The notes beneath the pieces are model-generated. The model made no database searches, was not told the DNA's origin, and saw nothing but the letters and a program-made list of their open reading frames with translations. A stretch of DNA of 64,000 bases from Planctomycetota bacterium. Lineage in GTDB: Bacteria; Planctomycetota; GCA-002687715; CAIWVZ01. The translations under genes and the position numbers were made by a program. Location: assembly GCA_044222185.1 (NCBI GenBank), contig JBGANV010000002.1, forward strand, positions 384,001 to 448,000, given 5' to 3'. Shown here in pieces: positions 58,592 through 64,000 of this stretch; position 1 is the first letter of the stretch, and each line of letters opens with the position of its first letter.

Positions 58592-60169
58592 TCAGAAGCT
58601 GATTCGGGCTTGGAGCGCTGCGGCAACCGCCGTGTCCGTGTTCGTTCCCCAGAGGGCCGCACCCTCGTCATCCGGGAAGAGCAGGATCAGGCCGCCGACG
58701 AGCGAGAACTGCGGGGTGACCTGGTACAGGGCCCACAGATCCACTTCCCAGCCGTAGTCGTGGTCGTTCACGACGCCATTCAGGTCGTTGACGTCCGCCG
58801 TGTCCCACACTGCCTGCGCGCCGACGACCCACTGCTCGCTCGGAACGAAGGTCAGACCGAGCTGGCCGGAGATCGCGTTGGCGATGGGGAGCGCATCGAG
58901 CAGGCCGTAGCGAGCGAGGAACGCGCCCTGGCCATGGCGGTTCGGGTACAAGAAGATGTAGCCGGTGTCGTTGTCGTTCGGGCCTTCAGCGTAGAGCCAG
59001 CGCGTGTAGACGCGGAACTGGTACTTGGAGTCGAACGTGATGCCGACCTCGCCTTCGACGGCGAGCCCGTCCACGTCCGTCACGCCCACCGGGCTGCCGC
59101 TGACGTCGCCGACCTGGTACGCCACCTCGACGTTGTAGTCGAGGCCGTTCGCGATGCTCGGGAACTTGCCACCGGCGCGAGCGCCGAGCGTGTGGAAGTA
59201 CGCCGTGTCGCCGAGACCGAATCCCGCGCTCCCGACGCCGTTGCCGAGCGAACCGATGCTCGAACCTGAACCGCCGGCCGCGCCGCCGTGGCCGTTCGTG
59301 TAGATCCAGTACAAGTCGATCGTGTGGTTCTCGCACGGCTTGATCGAGCCGTACAGGGCGAGCAACTCGTCGTTGTCGTGAGAGTTGACGATCGAGTGGA
59401 GCTGGTTCGCGTCGAAGTCCGTCGACGACGTCTTCATCACGAGGCCGGTCAGGCTGAAGTCCTTGCCGTTCCAATCGAAGCGGCTGCCATCGAGCGCCCA
59501 GCCGTTGTACCAGTCCGCATTGCCGAACTGGAACTGGTTGCCGAGGACGACTTCCTGGCGGCCGATTCGCCACGAGAGTTCGGAGCGATTGAAGATGTTC
59601 CGGAGTTCCGCCCAGCCCTGATAGAGGTCGACGTTGGTGAGTCCATCAGCGGACATCACGCCGCCGTCGTTGTAGTTCATGCCGGCGCCTTCAGTGAAGC
59701 TGCCGTCCCCGAGCGCCCAGTGCGACTGGAACTCGGCGTACGCGCTCACGTCCTTCGTGAAGTCGTAGCGCATGCCGAGGCGAACGCGGGCATCGGTCCA
59801 CCAGCCGTCGAGATCGCCCGGGTTGATCCACGCGGCGACGGTGCGATATCGGAACTCGCCCGTGAGCGTAAGGGCCGTCGCGGCCGACTTGACCGCCGGG
59901 CCTTCCATACGTGCGATGACGTTGTTGACCGACGTCTCCAATTCGTTCGCCGCGTCCGTACGAGCGGAGCCTTGTTCTGCTTGGAGCGTATTCACCTGAT
60001 CCCGGAGGGCCTGGTTCTCGCTCGCCAACTTCTCCTGGTTCTTCAGGACCTGTTCGAGCTTCTGCTTGAGGCTCTCGATGTCGGAGCCGTTGCTTGCTTG
60101 CTGTGACCACGACACCGGCGCCGCGAGCAGGAGTGCCGCGACGAAGCTCACCATTCCAATCGTTCTCAT
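58592..60169 (-). CDS. Alginate-export-family outer-membrane beta-barrel with N-terminal coiled coil
   Basis: Signal peptide, coiled coil, GEFRYR, RVRLG, LYQGW, RIGRQE, DYGWEVD, terminal Phe (ARISF). Confidence 0.82.
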   Translation of the reverse strand: MRTIGMVSFVAALLLAAPVSWSQQASNGSDIESLKQKLEQVLKNQEKLASENQALRDQVNTLQAEQGSARTDAANELETSVNNVIARMEGPAVKSAATALTLTGEFRYRTVAAWINPGDLDGWWTDARVRLGMRYDFTKDVSAYAEFQSHWALGDGSFTEGAGMNYNDGGVMSADGLTNVDLYQGWAELRNIFNRSELSWRIGRQEVVLGNQFQFGNADWYNGWALDGSRFDWNGKDFSLTGLVMKTSSTDFDANQLHSIVNSHDNDELLALYGSIKPCENHTIDLYWIYTNGHGGAAGGSGSSIGSLGNGVGSAGFGLGDTAYFHTLGARAGGKFPSIANGLDYNVEVAYQVGDVSGSPVGVTDVDGLAVEGEVGITFDSKYQFRVYTRWLYAEGPNDNDTGYIFLYPNRHGQGAFLARYGLLDALPIANAISGQLGLTFVPSEQWVVGAQAVWDTADVNDLNGVVNDHDYGWEVDLWALYQVTPQFSLVGGLILLFPDDEGAALWGTNTDTAVAAALQARISF

Positions 60170-61166
60170 GAGTTCCCCCGGACCCGCCCGACCAGCCGGG
60201 CAAGCCACTTCTTGGTCGGCGGGATTGTGAATTGGAAGTGCAACGATGTGGGTACGCAGTAGGCGTAGGCTGCGCGGGGGCTGGTGCGTAGGCGTTTGGA
60301 GCGGGAGGAGGCCGCAGTGGCGTGTACGGTCTGGTCTGCCCTCGTCGAGACCGGGATTGGCGGACCGCATGGAGGCGCGGGACCGTGCACGGTGCCCATG
60401 TCGCCATGCGATCCGCGTTTCCGATTTGAGTTCGATACTCAAGTACAGCGCGGCTCAACCCGGACACCGGTGACCATGAACCACCGCGCAGCGTTTGCTG
60501 CATTGCTCGAGTCGCCGCCGCTAACGCAGCAACCCGATCCGGCCGCCGCGTGGCGGGTGATCGACGTGGTGTCGACCGGCCCGCACACGCTCGCGGTTCA
60601 GCGCTCGACCAGGATTCCAGCGCGGACTCCGATCGTCGCGACCTTCGATAGGACCGCGCGACCCCATGCGCCATTGCAATCAGCGATGCGCGGTGGCGCG
60701 GCCCGCCGGCCAGTGCGAGCCTTGCGATCGGCCGCGGCGGCGACGCCGGCACCGCCGACGTCGCCGTCGTCCCGCGCGGTTTCGATCGCGATCGACGCCA
60801 TCGGAACGAGCTCGAACGATGGCCCGGCGGCAACTGCCGACGGAGTGCCTCGCGGCCGCGCGGGGATTGCCCCAGTGGCCGTCCCACCGCATCCACGGTG
60901 ACCGGTCGGGCGGCCTTCCTCAGCTCGACGTCAATCCGCCTGGGAGGAGATCCCGCCATCCGTGACGGCGTCGCTCCGCTCCTGACGATGCCGAGCTGCG
61001 AGCTCCCGATCGCTCGGCCCGACAACGCGTTCGGACGGTCGGTCAGCGTCGCTCCAAAGACAGCCGGGCCGGTCTCGTCGCCAGGATTCGTCACGGGCTC
61101 GCTCGATCGCACCGGGGACGCGACGGCGCCGAGAGACTTCGCACGCACGACTGCGTACGCTTCGCC

Positions 61167-61559
61167 ATGCAACGGCAGCACTACTCGTCGGGGACTACGT
61201 GGGAACCGATCGTCGGGTACTCGAGGGCTGTCAAGGTCGGCAACCTCGTGTTCGTATCGGGGACGACCGCGACGGGGCCCGAAGGTCACGTCGTCGGAAT
61301 CGGTGACCCCCACGCGCAGACGGTGCAGATCCTGCGCAACATCGAGCGCGCGCTCACCGCTCTCGGAGCCAGGCTCGAGGATGTGGTTCGTACGCGGATC
61401 TACGTCACCGACATCACTCAATGGGAGAAGGTCGGCCGCGCCCACGGTGAGTTCTTCGGCCACATTCGTCCTGCCACCGCCATGGTGGAGGTCCGGAAAC
61501 TGATCGCCCCGGAAATCCTGGTGGAAATCGAGGCGGACGCCGTGGTCGGCGGGGGTTAG
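61167..61559 (+). CDS. RidA/YjgF family protein
   Basis: [44 protein letters not shown]. Confidence 0.93.
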   Translation: MQRQHYSSGTTWEPIVGYSRAVKVGNLVFVSGTTATGPEGHVVGIGDPHAQTVQILRNIERALTALGARLEDVVRTRIYVTDITQWEKVGRAHGEFFGHIRPATAMVEVRKLIAPEILVEIEADAVVGGG

Positions 61560-61683
61560 CGGCCAGCCGGGATCCGTGATCGCGGGCTCGAGACCGACCA
61601 CGCGGTGGATCGACCGGCACGGCGCGGGCCCCTCCGGTACGCTTCTGGCTCCCCGTGCCGTCGACGCCAGGAGCCCGTCACCG

Positions 61684-62796
61684 ATGAACTCACCCAGCCT
61701 GGTCCTTTGTGCCGTCACGCTGTGCGTTCTCTTGCCTGCGCAACAACCGAACAGCCCGTTTGCATCGTTGACCGTCGATGGGAACGCCGGACCTCCGAAC
61801 CCGGTCACCATCAACGTCCGGAACAACACGACGGCGACCATCGCCATCGGCGGCGTACCCAACTCACCGTTTGCGCTCTACGGGTCCGCCACCGGGCTTC
61901 TCACTCCGGGCGCAGCGACGACCCCGGGCGGGATCGTCGATCTCCCGTTGGCGCCGCTGCCGTTTCTCGCCATCGACGGGTTTGCCAACCCGGCATTCAC
62001 GACGGGAACCTCGGGCGTCTTCACGCTGCCGATCGCGATTCCCCAGACCGTCGCCGTGGGATTCAGTGCGGCACAGCAATGCGTCGTCGCGAGCGCGTTC
62101 ACGGCTGGCGGGTTCCGGCTGAGTGCTGCCACACGCGAGATCGTGACGCAGGGACCGGTGACGGTGAACTTGAGCGTGGGCGATGACACGTCGACCGCCG
62201 TCTCGCTCGTGCCCTTTGGGTTCACGGTTCCCTTCTACGGAACGAGCTACACGAGCGTCTATCTCTGCTCGAACGGATTCGCCACGCTTGGCGGTCCGGA
62301 CAACACGTTCGCCGCGAGCCTCACCGTCATGAACTCGGGGTTGCCTCGGGTCGCGGGCTTCTGGGCCGATCTGATCCAGAACGCAGGGCAGTCCGTGTCG
62401 TACACCGTCGACGCCAACCCGGGTCCCGGCGTGCCACAGTGGATCCAGTTCTCGTTCTCGGGCATCTCCGAGTTCGCATTGCCGTCGACGGTCCACACCT
62501 TCTCCATGTACCTCGACGCCAACGGGCTCTGCCAGATCACGGAGTCGGGTGCGACCGCGGGTCCCGCCATTCAGTGCATCGTCGGCATCGGTGCCGGGGG
62601 CAACACCTCCGCCCTGGGGTCGCGCGACCTGACCGTGCTCCAGGCGGCGGTGACTCTCGGAGCCGTCAACGACCCCTTCTTCGAGCTCTTCGCCACACCC
62701 GGCAACGCCTACGACCTGTTCGGCCGCACGTTGAGCTTCCTGCCCTCGGGCACGGGCGCTCTGCCGGGTTCGACGAACCGGTATGTGATCTACTGA
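61684..62796 (+). CDS. Secreted hypothetical protein (nidogen-like GDD...PFYG...SNG region)
   Basis: Signal ending LPAQ; VGDD, FTVPFYGTSY..VYLCSNG, AGFWADL. Confidence 0.72.
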   Translation: MNSPSLVLCAVTLCVLLPAQQPNSPFASLTVDGNAGPPNPVTINVRNNTTATIAIGGVPNSPFALYGSATGLLTPGAATTPGGIVDLPLAPLPFLAIDGFANPAFTTGTSGVFTLPIAIPQTVAVGFSAAQQCVVASAFTAGGFRLSAATREIVTQGPVTVNLSVGDDTSTAVSLVPFGFTVPFYGTSYTSVYLCSNGFATLGGPDNTFAASLTVMNSGLPRVAGFWADLIQNAGQSVSYTVDANPGPGVPQWIQFSFSGISEFALPSTVHTFSMYLDANGLCQITESGATAGPAIQCIVGIGAGGNTSALGSRDLTVLQAAVTLGAVNDPFFELFATPGNAYDLFGRTLSFLPSGTGALPGSTNRYVIY

Positions 62797-62809
62797 CGCG
62801 GGGGACCTT

Positions 62810-62996
62810 GGAGCGCCGGGCTCCGCCCGGCCGGACCGGCAGGGCTCCGCCCTGCCGCGAGCACTGTCAGCCGATCGAGCCGGACCGGTCACGACGATGA
62901 TCAGTGCGGCTTGAAGGTTGCCGAGCGGTAGCCGGCCGCGCTGCCTTGGGGCAGGGCAGAGCCCTGCCCTTCCAGCCGGGCGGAGCCCGGCGCTCC
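62810..62996. repeat. Inverted pair of 47-bp REP-like elements (REPIN-like)
   Basis: 62810-62856 and the reverse complement of 62950-62996 match at 43/47. Each begins GGAG and has two hairpins (GCCGGGC-TCC-GCCCGGC; GGCAGGGC-TCY-GCCCTGCC). Confidence 0.8.
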
Positions 62997-63108
62997 GGAT
63001 CGGACCCCGCCATCGAGTTCCTCCGAAAGGCCCAGAAGGAGATCGACGACCGGTACCGCAAGCCGGAGTCGCGGTGATCGACTCCTGATGTCCGATCCTT
63101 CAGTGCCT

Positions 63109-63134
63109 GACCGTCCTATGTCGATAGGACGGTC
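63109..63134. promoter_or_regulatory. Palindromic operator, probably for the YtrA-type GntR regulator
   Basis: Perfect 11-bp inverted repeat GACCGTCCTAT-GTCG-ATAGGACGGTC directly abutting the GTG start. Confidence 0.7.
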
Positions 63135-63542
63135 GTGCAGGCAATCCGCGTAGATCCAGGCAGTCCCATCGGGCCGGCGCGACAGATCGTCGAGGCGGTG
63201 CTCGATCGCATCGCCGTCGGCGAGCTCGAACCCGGCGATCGGCTGTCGAGCGTCCGCGAGCTGGCCATGGAGGCCATGGTCAACCCGAACACGGTGGGGA
63301 AGGCCTACCGCGACCTGGGCTTCCTCGGCGTCGTCGTCTCGCGATCGGGCTCGGGAGTCTTCGTCAGCGACGAGGCTCCGGAGATCGCGCGACAGGCGCG
63401 CCGCCGCACGACGTTGGATGAGTTTCGACGCGCGGCCGCGCAGGCGTTGCGCGCGGGCCACGATGAAGACCGGCTGCTGCGTGTGATCGAGCAGCTCGCG
63501 CGGACCACGGATGAAGCGGTCACGAGAGGAGAGCGACGATGA
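63135..63542 (+). CDS. GntR family (YtrA-type) transcriptional regulator
   Basis: GELEPGDRLSSVRELA..VNPNTVGKAYRDL...G.GVFV; short C-terminus; followed by an ABC ATPase. Confidence 0.92.
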   Translation: MQAIRVDPGSPIGPARQIVEAVLDRIAVGELEPGDRLSSVRELAMEAMVNPNTVGKAYRDLGFLGVVVSRSGSGVFVSDEAPEIARQARRRTTLDEFRRAAAQALRAGHDEDRLLRVIEQLARTTDEAVTRGERR

Positions 63543-64000
63543 GTCATCCGGCATTCCAAGCCCGATCCGTCCGAAAGGCGTTCGGGCGCAAGGTCGTCCT
63601 CGACGACCTGAACCTCTGCGTGGATCGCGGCGACGTGCTCGCCTTGCTCGGCCGCAACGGCACGGGCAAGACGACGTTCCTTCGCGCCGCGCTGGGCATG
63701 GTGGAGATCGACGGCGGATCGATCGAAGTCGCCGGGTTCGACGCGCGACGCGAGCCGATTGCGCTTCGCCGCGTCGTCGGCTTCGTGCCCGATCGACCGG
63801 ACGTCTACCCGTGGATGACGGTCGTGGATCTCATGCGCTTCCTCGCGCCTCATTACCCAAACTGGAATCGCCACGAGGCCACCCGACTGATCGAGACGTT
63901 CGACGTGCCGACCGACGTCCCGTTCCGCGGCCTGTCGCGCGGCCAGGCGACGAAGGCCCTCCTCGCCGCCGCCCTCGCGCCCATGCCGCAGGTGTTGATC
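63539..64000 (+). CDS. ABC transporter ATP-binding protein (runs off window)
   Basis: Manual translation MSHPAFQARSVRKAFGRKVVLDDLNL...LLGRNGTGKTT...LSRGQ; ATGA overlap with gntR. Confidence 0.92.
   Translation, partial: MSHPAFQARSVRKAFGRKVVLDDLNLCVDRGDVLALLGRNGTGKTTFLRAALGMVEIDGGSIEVAGFDARREPIALRRVVGFVPDRPDVYPWMTVVDLMRFLAPHYPNWNRHEATRLIETFDVPTDVPFRGLSRGQATKALLAAALAPMPQVLI

Noticed and set aside
59691-61862. 723-aa minus-strand ORF
   Set aside because: Overlaps ridA and the secreted protein antisense and the porin gene out of frame; low-complexity Arg/Pro-rich translation.

Overview
High-GC bacterial chromosome segment, probably from a Planctomycetota-like genome (inferred from gene content and secreted-protein style). 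It spans the replication-origin region: partial dnaN, dnaA, a candidate oriC, and an orphan parB with two parS sites. Housekeeping genes include a cysteine desulfurase, an MglA-like GTPase, a bacillithiol operon (methyltransferase-bshC-bshB1-bshA) fused to pyrF/trpG-like/hemW, a sigma-70 factor, cystathionine gamma-lyase/synthase, a chelatase-like AAA+/VWA pair, glgP, NAD kinase and ribokinase. There are also several secreted or envelope proteins. Best candidates for novelty: (1) a tightly coupled operon with no evident signal peptides encoding a PhoD-type phosphoesterase, a permuted papain-like protein with Cys->Ser, and a neutral ceramidase, possibly a sphingolipid-dismantling system; (2) a SAM methyltransferase translationally coupled to bshCBA, suggesting N-methyl-bacillithiol; (3) a sigma factor that appears to need a non-canonical ATC start, next to a candidate 6S-like RNA; (4) a perfect 13x12-bp repeat beside parB; (5) variant TTCTC-type DnaA boxes together with substitutions in DnaA domain IV. 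No rRNA, tRNA, CRISPR array or transposase was seen. All calls come from reading motifs by eye; no searches were run.
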